A DNA stretch of 32,000 nucleotides, taken from Mycolicibacterium smegmatis. GTDB taxonomy: Bacteria; Actinomycetota; Actinomycetes; Mycobacteriales; Mycobacteriaceae. The notes below the pieces were generated by a model, which was given only the letters and a program-made list of their open reading frames with translations, was not told the origin of the DNA and did not search any database. Position numbers and translations under genes: made by a program. Positions 8,873 to 17,522 of the stretch are shown here, one piece after another (within the stretch, counting starts at the first letter, position 1; each line of letters starts with the position of its first letter). The stretch lies in assembly GCF_001457595.1 (NCBI RefSeq), contig NZ_LN831039.1, positions 1,050,001 to 1,082,000 on the forward strand, given 5' to 3'.

Positions 8873-10000
8873 ATGGATTCTGATGGACGTTCTGGTGGAC
8901 GCCCAACGGGGGTCCCTGGTGCCGGCGGTGAAGGGGGTTCGGGTCCCGCGGATGCGGCACCCGGCCCGAAAGTGGTTCTGGTCACGGGTGCGTGCCGGTT
9001 CCTCGGCGGTTACCTGACCGCGAGGCTGGCGCAGAACCCGTCGATCGACCATGTCATCGCGGTCGACGCGATCACGCCCAGCAAGGATTTGCTGCGAAGG
9101 ATGGGGCGCGCGGAGTTCGTGCGCGCCGACATCCGCAATCCGTTCATCGCCAAGGTGATCCGCAACGGCAACGTCGACACCGTCGTGCACGCCGCGGCCG
9201 CGTCGTACGCGCCCCGCTCGGGTGGCCGGGCCACGTTGAAAGAGCTCAACGTGATGGGGGCCATCCAGTTGTTCGCGGCGTGCCAGAAGACGCCGTCGGT
9301 ACGCCGGGTCATCCTCAAGTCGACCTCCGAGGTCTACGGGTCGAGTTCGCGCGATCCGGTGATGTTCACCGAGGAGAGCAGCGCGCGCCGTCCGCCGCGC
9401 GATGGCTTCGCCCGCGACAGCATCGACATCGAGGGCTACGCGCGAGGTCTCGCCCGGCGTCGTCCCGACATCGCCGTCACGATCCTGCGGCTGGCCAACA
9501 TGATCGGCCCCGCGATGGACACGGCGCTGTCGCGCTATCTGGCCGGGCCGGTGGTGCCCTGCGTCGTCGGGCACGACGCGCGGCTGCAACTGCTGCACGA
9601 GCAGGACGCGCTCGGTGCCCTCGAGCACGCCACCGTGGCAGGCAAGGCCGGCACGTTCAACATCGGCGCCGACGGCATAATCATGATGAGTCAGGCGCTG
9701 CGCCGCTCGGGCCGGATCCGGCTCCCGGTGCCGAGATCGGCACTCGCCGCAGTGGATTCGCTGAACAGGGCCACGCGTTACAGCGAGGTGGATCGTGAAC
9801 AACTCAACTATCTGAGTTACGGCCGCGTCATGGATACCACGCGAATGCGCCGCGACCTGGGATACAGTCCCAAGTGGACGACGGGGGAAGCGTTCGACGA
9901 TTACGTTCGTGGCCGTGGATTGACGCCGATCATCGATCCGCGGTGGGTAGGCTCGCTGGAGAGTCGTGCAGTTGCCTTGGCGCAGCGTTGGGGACGGTAG
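8873..10000 (+). CDS. NAD-dependent epimerase/dehydratase family protein (GalE2/Rv0501-like)
   Basis: 375 aa. A Gly-rich leader is followed by the Rossmann motif VVLVTGACRFLGGYL. A long collinear match to Rv0501 as recalled includes RAEFVRADIRNPFIAKVIRNG and LKSTSEVYG. The exact start is uncertain. Confidence 0.85.
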   Translation: MDSDGRSGGRPTGVPGAGGEGGSGPADAAPGPKVVLVTGACRFLGGYLTARLAQNPSIDHVIAVDAITPSKDLLRRMGRAEFVRADIRNPFIAKVIRNGNVDTVVHAAAASYAPRSGGRATLKELNVMGAIQLFAACQKTPSVRRVILKSTSEVYGSSSRDPVMFTEESSARRPPRDGFARDSIDIEGYARGLARRRPDIAVTILRLANMIGPAMDTALSRYLAGPVVPCVVGHDARLQLLHEQDALGALEHATVAGKAGTFNIGADGIIMMSQALRRSGRIRLPVPRSALAAVDSLNRATRYSEVDREQLNYLSYGRVMDTTRMRRDLGYSPKWTTGEAFDDYVRGRGLTPIIDPRWVGSLESRAVALAQRWGR

Positions 10001-10036
10001 TACTGGCTCTGATCTCGGTGGGGAGAAGGATGCAAG

Positions 10037-11101
10037 GTGGCGGGCGAACCTAAAGCGAAAGTGATTCCGCTGCACGGTAATTCGACTCGTGCCTCGGCTG
10101 CCCGAAGAGCCGCCCAAAAAACCGAGAGTGCACGCAGGCATCCGTCGCTGCTCGCCGATCCGGGTACCAGGGCGCCTGCCGAGCAGATCGCGGCCGTGGT
10201 GCACGAGATCGACCAGCGACGTCTCGGCGCGGCCGGATCCGGTGCGGCCGACGAGCCCACCGAGATCGCCAAGAGCATCTCCGCGGTGGCCGAGTTCATC
10301 CGCAAGCGGATGACGGGCGACTACGCGGTCGACGAATTCGGTTTCGACCAACACCTCAACGAGGCAATCTTCCTGCCGTTGCTCAGGGTGTTCTTCAAGT
10401 CGTGGTTCCGCGTCGAGGTCTCCGGCATCGAGAACCTGCCCGATTCGGGGGCCGCGCTCGTCGTCGCCAACCACGCCGGGGTGCTGCCGTTCGACGGTCT
10501 GATGGCCCAGGTGGCCGTGCATGACCACCACCCGCTGCACCGTGACCTGCGCCTGCTGGCGGCCGATCTCGTGTTCGACCTGCCGATGGTCGGGCAGGCC
10601 GCGCGCAAGGCGGGCCACACGCTCGCGTGCACCACCGACGCGCACCGCCTGCTGGCCAACGGTGAACTCACCGCGGTGTTCCCGGAGGGATTCAAGGGGC
10701 TGGGCAAGCCGTTCAAGGATCGCTACAAGCTGCAGCGGTTCGGCCGCGGTGGCTTCGTGTCTGCGGCCCTGCGCGCCAAGGCACCCATCGTGCCGTGCTC
10801 GATCGTCGGCTCTGAGGAGATCTATCCGATGATCGCCGATCTCAAGCTGCTCGCCCGGCTGCTCAACCTGCCGTACTTCCCGGTGACGCCGTTCTTCCCG
10901 CTCGCAGGCCCGGCCGGGATGATCCCGCTGCCGTCGAAGTGGCACATCAAGTTCGGTGAGCCGATCGACACGCAGGACTACGACGAGAGTGCCGCCGACG
11001 ACCCGATGGTCACCTTCGAGCTGACCGACCAGGTGCGCGAGACCATCCAGCACACGCTGTACCAGCTGCTGGCGGGCCGCCGGAACATGTTCTTCGGCTG
11101 A
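10037..11101 (+). CDS. Lysophospholipid (1-acyl-sn-glycerol-3-phosphate) acyltransferase family protein (Rv0502-like)
   Basis: GTG start with GGAGAAGGA upstream, 354 aa. It has the PlsC-type motifs VVANHAGVLPFDG (HX4D-type block), FPEG and VPCSIVGSEE. Confidence 0.8.
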   Translation: MAGEPKAKVIPLHGNSTRASAARRAAQKTESARRHPSLLADPGTRAPAEQIAAVVHEIDQRRLGAAGSGAADEPTEIAKSISAVAEFIRKRMTGDYAVDEFGFDQHLNEAIFLPLLRVFFKSWFRVEVSGIENLPDSGAALVVANHAGVLPFDGLMAQVAVHDHHPLHRDLRLLAADLVFDLPMVGQAARKAGHTLACTTDAHRLLANGELTAVFPEGFKGLGKPFKDRYKLQRFGRGGFVSAALRAKAPIVPCSIVGSEEIYPMIADLKLLARLLNLPYFPVTPFFPLAGPAGMIPLPSKWHIKFGEPIDTQDYDESAADDPMVTFELTDQVRETIQHTLYQLLAGRRNMFFG

Positions 11102-11131
11102 GGCGGCCGAACCTCCGCCCGGCGGGTGAAC

Positions 11132-11665
11132 TCAGGAACTGGACTTTTGCCCGGCAACCATCTTGGCGATGGCGGCATCGCGCGCCGCGGCGATCTGGGA
11201 ACTGATCTCGTCGGCCTCGTCGATCTCGGCCTCGCCGAGCATCGTGACGATGCTGGTGGCCACGGGCTTGCCGTCGTCGTCGGTCACCTCGGCACGGATC
11301 TCGCAGATCACCGTGCCGTGCGACTCGATCACCGAGTCCAGGTACGAGTCGAACCACAGCTTGTCACCGACCACGATCGGACGGTGGAAGATCAGCTTCT
11401 GGTCCCGGTGCAGCACACGCTCGAGGTTGATCGGCACGTCGAACTTGTCGAACAGGTCGAGCTGCACTCGACGGCCCGCGACCGCCAGGAAGGTCAGCGG
11501 CGCGATGAGGTTGTCGTGGCCGCACTCCTTGGCCGCCGCCTCGTCGAAATGCGCGGGGTGGTCGTCCTTGACGGCCGCCGAGAACTCGCGGACCTTCTCC
11601 CGTCCGACCTCGAAATAGTCGGGGTAGCGGTAGTGAGTCCCGATGATGTTTGCCGCGATGCTCAT
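11132..11665 (-). CDS. MaoC-like (R)-specific hydratase/dehydratase hotdog protein (Rv0504c-like)
   Basis: 177 aa. The translation [62 protein letters not shown] resembles the mycobacterial UPF0336/HadA-like dehydratase family. Confidence 0.8.
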   Translation of the reverse strand: MSIAANIIGTHYRYPDYFEVGREKVREFSAAVKDDHPAHFDEAAAKECGHDNLIAPLTFLAVAGRRVQLDLFDKFDVPINLERVLHRDQKLIFHRPIVVGDKLWFDSYLDSVIESHGTVICEIRAEVTDDDGKPVATSIVTMLGEAEIDEADEISSQIAAARDAAIAKMVAGQKSSS

Positions 11666-11732
11666 GTGTTCTCTGCTACTCCCGTGCTTCCAGCTTCAAC
11701 TGCCCGGCTGCGGAAGCCTATCAGCGTGGGGG

Positions 11733-11766
11733 TTCAGCGAATGTCAGCGAAGGTCAGCGAAGGTCA
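11733..11766. repeat. 10-bp direct repeat, about 3.4 units: TTCAGCGAAT GTCAGCGAAG GTCAGCGAAG GTCA
   Basis: Read directly from the sequence. A degenerate unit ATCAGCGTGG lies at 11720-11729. The array spans the serB1-like stop codon (11754-11756, minus strand). It lies 68-101 nt upstream of the 11665 start of the dehydratase gene. Confidence 0.75.
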
Positions 11767-12683
11767 TGGCGGCGGGAGGCCACCGCGGCCAGCGCGCCGC
11801 CGAGCGCCCCTAGGGCCAGCGCGGACGGCACACCGATGCGGGCCGCTTTGCGGGCCGTGCGGAAGTCGCGGATCTCCCAGCCGCGTTCCCGCGCGACGTC
11901 GCGCAGCGCGGCGTCCGGGTTGATCGCGACCGCGGTGCCGACGAGCGACAGCATGGGCACGTCGTTGAAGCTGTCGGAGTAGGCCGTGCAGCGGCGCAGG
12001 TTCAGACCCTCGCGGATCGCCAGCGAGCGCACGGCGTGCGCCTTGCCGGTGCCGTGCAGGATGTCGCCCACCAGACGCCCGGTGAAGACGCCGTCGACCG
12101 ACTCCGCGACCGTGCCCAGTGCGCCCGTGAAGCCCAGCCGCTTGGCGATCGTGGCCGCCAGCTCGTAGGGCGTCGCGGTGACCAGCCAGACCTGCTGACC
12201 GGCGTCGAGGTGCATCTGGGCCAGCGCGCGGGTGCCGGGCCAGATCTTGTCGGCGATGATCTCGTCGTAGATCTCCTCGCCGAGCGCGACCAGTTCGGCG
12301 GTCGACCGGCCCTCGATGAATGCGAGCGCCTTGCGCCGGCCCGCGGCGACGTCGTCGCTGTTCTCCTTGCCGGTCAGCTGGAATTTGGCCTGCGCATATG
12401 CGATGCCTAGGATGTCGCGGTAGGTGAAGTACTTCCTGGCCGCCAGGCCGCGCGCGAAGTGCACCAGCGACGAGCCTTGCACCAGGGTGTTGTCGACGTC
12501 GAAGAACGCCGCGGCGGTCAGGTCCGGCGGAGGAGCGCTCGGTGGAGGTGTCTGCTCGGCCTGCAGGTCGGTGACGGCCACCTCGGCACTGGCCTCGCCG
12601 CCGAGCTCCTGAGCCCCGCGAGCCTCCCCGGCCTCATCAGTCACGGCCCGTTCTGACGCCCCGGCACTACCGATTTCGGACAC
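11754..12683 (-). CDS. serB1: HAD-superfamily subfamily IB hydrolase (SerB1/Rv0505c-like putative phosphoserine phosphatase)
   Basis: 309 aa. HAD motif I is FFDVDNTLV, followed by WLVTATP and the C-terminal [12 protein letters not shown] (motif III/IV). The N-terminal ~60 aa are low-complexity and acidic, so the start is uncertain. Confidence 0.8.
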   Translation of the reverse strand: MSEIGSAGASERAVTDEAGEARGAQELGGEASAEVAVTDLQAEQTPPPSAPPPDLTAAAFFDVDNTLVQGSSLVHFARGLAARKYFTYRDILGIAYAQAKFQLTGKENSDDVAAGRRKALAFIEGRSTAELVALGEEIYDEIIADKIWPGTRALAQMHLDAGQQVWLVTATPYELAATIAKRLGFTGALGTVAESVDGVFTGRLVGDILHGTGKAHAVRSLAIREGLNLRRCTAYSDSFNDVPMLSLVGTAVAINPDAALRDVARERGWEIRDFRTARKAARIGVPSALALGALGGALAAVASRRHDLR

Positions 12684-12711
12684 GCAACAACCCTAACGGG
12701 ATACTGGCGGG

Positions 12712-12993
12712 GTGGAGCGCTCGCAACCAGGACCCGCCGCAGGGCACACCGTGACGTTGCTGACACGGGCCGGATGCCATCTGTGCGCCCGCGCGGCCGA
12801 GGAGCTCACGGTGCTTCGTGACGAGCTCGGGTTCACGCTGGTGACCACCGACGTCGACGCGCTCGCCGCCGAGGGCGACAACAGCCTGCGCGCACAGTAC
12901 GGCGACCTGCTGCCGGTGGTGTTGCTGGACGGGACCGAACACAGCTACTGGGAGGTCGACGCGGCGCAGCTGCGGAGTGATCTCGGCCACTAG
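12712..12993 (+). CDS. Glutaredoxin-like small protein (CxxC, DUF836-like; Rv0508-like position)
   Basis: VTLLTRAGCHLCARAAEEL...LPVVLLDGTEHSYWEVD is the thioredoxin-fold glutaredoxin-2-like pattern. An alternative GTG start at 12751 would give about 80 aa. Confidence 0.7.
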   Translation: MERSQPGPAAGHTVTLLTRAGCHLCARAAEELTVLRDELGFTLVTTDVDALAAEGDNSLRAQYGDLLPVVLLDGTEHSYWEVDAAQLRSDLGH

Positions 12994-13152
12994 CGCCGCG
13001 CGGGGTGTGGTCGGTGGCCCATCGATGGCAAACCAGCAGGTTTCCAGGCTTCTGAATGCATCAACCTACTGCGCATATACCAGGTGACTAACTAGGTGAA
13101 ATTTGGAGGCCGCCCGGAAAACCGATACCTTGGTTGACGTGGTGATGAAGCC

Positions 13153-14508
13153 GTGAGCGTGCTGCTATTCGGGGTTTCGCACCGCAGTGCGCCGGTGTCT
13201 GTGCTCGAACAGCTGAGCACCAACGAAGCCGAGCAGGCGAAGATCATCGACCAGGTTCTCCAGTCCTCACTGGTTACCGAGGCCATGGTGCTTTCCACCT
13301 GCAACCGCGTCGAGGTGTATGCGGTGGTCGAGGCCTTCCACGGCGGTCTGTCGGTGATCGGGCAGGTGCTCGCTGAGCGCTCCGGTATGTCCCTCAATGA
13401 CCTGACCAAATACGCCTACGTCCGTTACGCGGAGGCGGCCGTCGAGCACCTGTTCGCGGTGACCAGCGGTCTGGATTCCGCGGTCATCGGTGAGCAGCAG
13501 GTGCTGGGACAGGTGCGTCGCGCGTACGCGACGGCCGAGGCCAACCGCACCGTGGGCCGCACACTGCACGAACTCGCGCAGCGCGCCCTGTCGGTGGGCA
13601 AGCGGGTGCACTCGGAGACCGGGATCGACGCCGCAGGCGCGTCGGTGGTCTCGGTGGCGCTCGGCATGGCCGAGACCAAACTCTCGGGTGGGCTCGGTGG
13701 CCGTACCGCGGCCGTGGTCGGTGCGGGCGCGATGGGCGCACTCGCCGGTGCGCACCTGGTGCGCGCGGGCATCGAACGCGTCCACGTGGTCAACCGGTCC
13801 CTGCCGCGCGCCGAGCGCCTGGCCAAGAACCTCACCGAGCAGGGCGTGGTGGCCGACGCCGTGGGTCTGGACGACATCGCCCGGGCACTCGTCGACGCCG
13901 ACGTCGTGCTCAGCAGCACCGGCGCCGTGCGCCCGGTGGTCTCGCTGGCCGACGTGCACTACGCGCTGGCACAGCGCACCCTGGCCGGTGCCGAACACCA
14001 GATGGTCGTGTGCGACCTGGGCATGCCGCGCGACGTCGATCCGGCCGTGTCGGGTTTGCCGGGCGTGTGGGTCGTCGACATGGACCGCATCCAGCGCGAA
14101 CCGTCCGCACGTGCGGCAGCGGTCGACGCGGAGGCCGCGCGCAACATCGTGGCCGCCGAGGTGGCGAACTACCTGGCGGGCCAGCGCATGGCCGAGGTCA
14201 CCCCGACCGTGACGGCGCTGCGGCAGCGCGCCGCCGACGTCGTCGAGGCCGAACTGCTGCGCCTGGACAACCGGCTGCCCGGACTGGACGCGGCGCACCG
14301 CGACGAGGTCGCCAAGACCGTCCGTCGCGTCGTCGACAAACTGCTGCACGCGCCGACGGTGCGTGTGAAACAACTCGCGAGCGCCCCCGGCGGGGACAGC
14401 TACGCCGAGGCGCTGCGGGAACTGTTCGAACTCGATCCGCAAGCCGTCGAAGCGGTTGCGGCCAGTGAATTGCCCTTGATAACAACCGATCTCGATAAGA
14501 CTGAGTAG
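13153..14508 (+). CDS. hemA: Glutamyl-tRNA reductase
   Basis: GTG start, 451 aa. Diagnostic motifs include [16 protein letters not shown], the [10 protein letters not shown] catalytic Cys motif, [17 protein letters not shown] and the NADPH site VVGAGAMG. Confidence 0.95.
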   Translation: MSVLLFGVSHRSAPVSVLEQLSTNEAEQAKIIDQVLQSSLVTEAMVLSTCNRVEVYAVVEAFHGGLSVIGQVLAERSGMSLNDLTKYAYVRYAEAAVEHLFAVTSGLDSAVIGEQQVLGQVRRAYATAEANRTVGRTLHELAQRALSVGKRVHSETGIDAAGASVVSVALGMAETKLSGGLGGRTAAVVGAGAMGALAGAHLVRAGIERVHVVNRSLPRAERLAKNLTEQGVVADAVGLDDIARALVDADVVLSSTGAVRPVVSLADVHYALAQRTLAGAEHQMVVCDLGMPRDVDPAVSGLPGVWVVDMDRIQREPSARAAAVDAEAARNIVAAEVANYLAGQRMAEVTPTVTALRQRAADVVEAELLRLDNRLPGLDAAHRDEVAKTVRRVVDKLLHAPTVRVKQLASAPGGDSYAEALRELFELDPQAVEAVAASELPLITTDLDKTE

Positions 14509-14511
14509 AGC

Positions 14512-15468
14512 TTGGCAAACAACCGCGATTCGGTGATCCGGCTCGGCACCCGGGGTAGCCTCCTGGCTACGACACAGGCCGGCACTGTCAGGGACGCTCT
14601 GCTGGCCGCAGGGCATCCCTGTGAGCTCGTCATCATCTCCACCGAGGGTGACCGCAACCAGGGACCGATCGCGGACATCGGGATCGGCGTGTTCACCGCC
14701 GCTCTGCGTGAGGCGATCCACGACGGCCGCGTCGACATGGCCGTGCACTCGTACAAGGATTTGCCCACCGCGTCCGACGAACGCTTCTGCATCCCCGCGA
14801 TACCGCGTCGTGAGGACCCACGCGACGCGCTGGTGGCCCGCGACGGACTGGTGCTCGGAGAGTTGCCGACGGGCTCCGTGATCGGCACGTCGAGCCCGCG
14901 ACGGGCCGCACAGCTTAGAGCACTGGGTCTCGGTTTGGAAATCCGCCCCCTACGAGGCAACCTAGATACCAGGTTGAACAGGGTTACGAGCGGTGAACTC
15001 GACGGCATCGTGGTCGCCCGGGCGGGTCTGGCCCGGATCGGACGACTGAACGTTGTCACCGAGACGCTCGAGCCGGTGCAGATGTTGCCAGCGCCGGCTC
15101 AGGGCGCGCTCGCGGTGGAATGTCGTGCGGGCGACACCGAGCTGATCGCGATCTTGTCGGAGTTGGACGACGCCGATACGCGAGCCGCGGTCACCGCTGA
15201 ACGGGTCCTGCTCGCCGAACTGGAGGCGGGTTGTTCCGCACCGGTCGGTGCGATCGCTGAAGTGGTCGAGTCGATCGATGAGGACGGCAACGTCTTCGAA
15301 GAGCTGTCGTTGCGCGGCTGCGCAGCGACGCTGGACGGATCCGACGTGATCCGTGCGTCCGGCATCGGTACTCCCGATCGGGCCGCTGAACTCGGCGTCT
15401 CGGTGGCTGCGGAGCTGTTCGATCTGGGTGCACGGGAGCTGTTGGAAGAGCGTGGGAGTGAGAAATGA
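14512..15468 (+). CDS. hemC: Porphobilinogen deaminase (hydroxymethylbilane synthase)
   Basis: 318 aa. Diagnostic motifs include [34 protein letters not shown] and AGCSAPVGA (dipyrromethane Cys). The start is TTG 14512 or in-frame GTG 14533. The stop overlaps the next gene's ATG (ATGA at 15465-15468). Confidence 0.93.
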   Translation: MANNRDSVIRLGTRGSLLATTQAGTVRDALLAAGHPCELVIISTEGDRNQGPIADIGIGVFTAALREAIHDGRVDMAVHSYKDLPTASDERFCIPAIPRREDPRDALVARDGLVLGELPTGSVIGTSSPRRAAQLRALGLGLEIRPLRGNLDTRLNRVTSGELDGIVVARAGLARIGRLNVVTETLEPVQMLPAPAQGALAVECRAGDTELIAILSELDDADTRAAVTAERVLLAELEAGCSAPVGAIAEVVESIDEDGNVFEELSLRGCAATLDGSDVIRASGIGTPDRAAELGVSVAAELFDLGARELLEERGSEK

Positions 15469-17438
15469 CCCGGCAGGTCCCCCTCGGCGGAGCCGAGAGT
15501 CTGACTGCAGTTGGCGGAGCCGAGAGTCTGGCCACCTTCGGCGGAGTTGAAAGCGTGGCCACCCTCGGCGGAGTCGAAAGTCTCCCAAAGGTGGGTGGTG
15601 CCGATGCTGCGGTTGCGGTGGTCGGTGCCGAGAGCCCGGTGGTCGTCGGCGGCGCCGACAATCTGGCTGCGGTCGGCGGCGCTGAGTGCACGGTCGGTGC
15701 GGCCGAGAGCCCGGCGGCCGACCCTCAGCCGCGTGAGAGCTCGAGCCGGTCGCGCAGCCGCAAGGTCAAGCCCGGTCGCATCACGTTCGTCGGTTCGGGC
15801 CCCGGTGACCCGGGCCTGCTGACCACCAGGGCGCAGGCCGTGCTCGCGCATGCCGAGCTGGTCTTCACCGATCCCGATGTGCCCGAGGCGGTGCTCGCCC
15901 TCGTCGGCACCGATCTGCCCCCGGCCGCGGGTCCGGCGCCCGCCAAGAAGAACGACAAGGCCGACAAGGCCACCGACAAGTCGGACAAGTCCGACAAGGC
16001 CGATGACGCCAAGTCCGACGATCCGGCGGTCATCCCCGGCGGACCCGAGGTGCGTCCCGCGCTCGGCGACCCGGCCGAGGTCGCCAAGACGCTCGCGTCC
16101 GAGGCGCGCCACGGATACAACGTCGTGCGCCTGATCGCGGGTGACCCGCTGTCGGTGGATGCCGTGATCACCGAGATCAACGCACTGGCCAAGACGCATC
16201 TGACCTTCGAGATCGTCCCGGGTCTGCCCGACACCACCGCGGTTCCGACGTACGCCGGCCTGCCGCTGGGGTCGTCGCACACCGTCGCCGACGTGCGTGG
16301 CGACGTCGACTGGGCCGCACTGGCGGCCGCGCCGGGGCCGCTGATCCTGCATGCGACCGCGTCGCACCTGCCGGATGCCGCCCGCACGCTCATCGAGCAC
16401 GGGCTCGTCGAGAACACGCCCGCGGTCGTCACGGCCAACGGCACCACCTGCCAGCAGCGTTCGGTCGAGACCACGCTGGTGGGGCTCACCGACAAGACCG
16501 TGGTGGAGAAGCCCGCGGGCAGCGAGCTGTTGGGCCCGCTGACCGGACCGCTGGTGGTCACCATCGGCAAGACCGTCGCCAACCGCGCCAAGCTGAACTG
16601 GTGGGAGAGCCGCGCCCTGTACGGCTGGACCGTGCTGGTGCCGCGCACCAAGGATCAGGCCGGCGAGATGAGCGAGCGGCTCGTCACGCACGGCGCCCTG
16701 CCGATCGAGGTGCCCACCATCGCCGTCGAGCCGCCGCGCAGCCCGGCGCAGATGGAGCGCGCGGTCAAGGGCCTGGTCGACGGCCGGTTCCAGTGGGTCG
16801 TGTTCACCTCCACCAACGCCGTTCGCGCGGTGTGGGAGAAGTTCAACGAGTTCGGTCTGGACGCCCGCGCGTTCTCCGGCGTGAAGATCGCCTGCGTGGG
16901 GCAGGCCACCGCGGACAAGGTGCGCGCGTTCGGGATCAATCCCGAACTGGTGCCGTCGGGCGAGCAGTCCTCGCTCGGCCTGCTGGATGAATTCCCGCCC
17001 TACGACGAGGTTTTCGACCCGGTCAACCGTGTGTTGCTGCCGCGTGCGGACATCGCCACCGAGACGCTGGCCGAGGGTCTGCGTGAGCGTGGCTGGGAGA
17101 TCGAGGACGTCACGGCGTACCGCACCGTGCGTGCGGCCCCGCCGCCTGCGCACACCCGCGAGATGATCAAGACCGGTGGTTTCGACGCGGTGTGCTTCAC
17201 GTCGAGTTCGACCGTGCGCAACCTCGTCGGCATCGCGGGCAAGCCGCACGCCCGCACCATCGTGGCCTGCATCGGACCGAAAACCGCAGAAACCGCAATC
17301 GAATTCGGTCTGCGCGTGGATGTGCAGCCCGAGACAGCCGCGGTCGGACCGCTGGTCGAGGCGCTCGCCGAGCACGCCGCCCGGTTGCGCGCCGAGGGTG
17401 CGCTCCCGCCGCCGCGCAAGAAGAGCCGCCGCAGGTAA
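15465..17438 (+). CDS. hemD: Fused uroporphyrinogen-III C-methyltransferase / uroporphyrinogen-III synthase (Rv0511-like), with a repeat-encoded N-terminal extension
   Basis: The methyltransferase block is [20 protein letters not shown]...VFTDPDV...[10 protein letters not shown]. The HemD half is [20 protein letters not shown]...[12 protein letters not shown]...[14 protein letters not shown] 15465 overlaps the hemC stop. There is no in-frame ATG/GTG/TTG between 15640 and the conserved GRITFVGSG block, so at least part of the repeat must be translated. Confidence 0.88.
   Translation: MTRQVPLGGAESLTAVGGAESLATFGGVESVATLGGVESLPKVGGADAAVAVVGAESPVVVGGADNLAAVGGAECTVGAAESPAADPQPRESSSRSRSRKVKPGRITFVGSGPGDPGLLTTRAQAVLAHAELVFTDPDVPEAVLALVGTDLPPAAGPAPAKKNDKADKATDKSDKSDKADDAKSDDPAVIPGGPEVRPALGDPAEVAKTLASEARHGYNVVRLIAGDPLSVDAVITEINALAKTHLTFEIVPGLPDTTAVPTYAGLPLGSSHTVADVRGDVDWAALAAAPGPLILHATASHLPDAARTLIEHGLVENTPAVVTANGTTCQQRSVETTLVGLTDKTVVEKPAGSELLGPLTGPLVVTIGKTVANRAKLNWWESRALYGWTVLVPRTKDQAGEMSERLVTHGALPIEVPTIAVEPPRSPAQMERAVKGLVDGRFQWVVFTSTNAVRAVWEKFNEFGLDARAFSGVKIACVGQATADKVRAFGINPELVPSGEQSSLGLLDEFPPYDEVFDPVNRVLLPRADIATETLAEGLRERGWEIEDVTAYRTVRAAPPPAHTREMIKTGGFDAVCFTSSSTVRNLVGIAGKPHARTIVACIGPKTAETAIEFGLRVDVQPETAAVGPLVEALAEHAARLRAEGALPPPRKKSRRR
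15486..15722 (+). repeat. Tandem repeat, 27-bp period, about 9 units (last two 24 bp), in frame with hemD (9-aa units GGAESLxxV)
   Basis: Units start at 15486, 15513, 15540, 15567, 15594, 15621, 15648, 15675 and 15699. The first two, GGCGGAGCCGAGAGTCTGACTGCAGTT and GGCGGAGCCGAGAGTCTGGCCACCTTC, share their first 18 nt. Later units are progressively degenerate. Confidence 0.85.
15954..16020 (+). repeat. Short 9-bp-period in-frame repeat (GACAAGGCC family) encoding [22 protein letters not shown]
   Basis: Read directly: GACAAGGCC GACAAGGCC ACC GACAAGTCG GACAAGTCC GACAAGGCC GATGACGCC AAGTCCGAC. It lies inside the methyltransferase half of hemD, between the conserved blocks FTDPDVPE and [12 protein letters not shown]. 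Confidence 0.7.
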
Positions 17439-17443
17439 ACACC

Positions 17444-17507
17444 CGCCGAAACGGCATTCCAGCAGGCGTGCACTCGCACTTTTCCTGATGGAATGCCATT
17501 TCGCCGG
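17444..17507 (+). repeat. Palindromic interspersed element, copy B: arms 17446-17460 / 17490-17503, loop 17461-17489
   Basis: The sequence is CCGAAACGGCATTCC, then AGCAGGCGTGCACTCGCACTTTTCCTGAT, then GGAATGCCATTTCG. The loop is 28/29 identical to copy A. The stem pairs at 13 of 14 positions and includes one compensatory C:G to G:C change relative to copy A. The element lies in the 84-nt hemD-hemB spacer. Confidence 0.8.
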
Positions 17508-17522
17508 AAAGGAGACGAGCTA

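Noticed and set aside
8717-11053. Very long minus-strand ORF (778 aa) antisense to the epimerase and acyltransferase genes. Similar long antisense or shadow ORFs occur at 2116..3291, 6154..7467, 13267..14748, 15099..17375, 22640..23626, 26192..27820, 27849..29126 and 30885..31958.
   Set aside because: The translations are Arg/Gly/Pro/Ala/His-rich strings with no motifs. They exactly shadow well-supported genes on the other strand. Such stop-free antisense frames are expected in a high-G+C genome with G/C at third codon positions.
11102-11119. Short hairpins between convergent genes as terminators: GGCGG-N8-CCGCC at 11102-11119 and CCGGCG-N9-CGCCGG at 2595-2615.
   Set aside because: The stems are only 5-6 bp in a G+C-rich background, with no U-tract, so they are indistinguishable from chance. 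They are noted but not annotated.
13053-13062. The 10-mer TGAATGCATC occurs both upstream of hemA (13053-13062) and at the start of the mspA upstream region (22489-22498). It might be a shared regulator site.
   Set aside because: There are only two occurrences, the flanks do not align, and the palindromic core is just ATGCAT. A chance match between two A+T-richer spacers cannot be excluded without genome-wide statistics.
15486-15722. Whether the 27-bp repeat array could be a small CRISPR array.
   Set aside because: The units are directly adjacent with no unique spacers. They are in frame with and inside a coding region, they degenerate progressively, and no cas genes are present.
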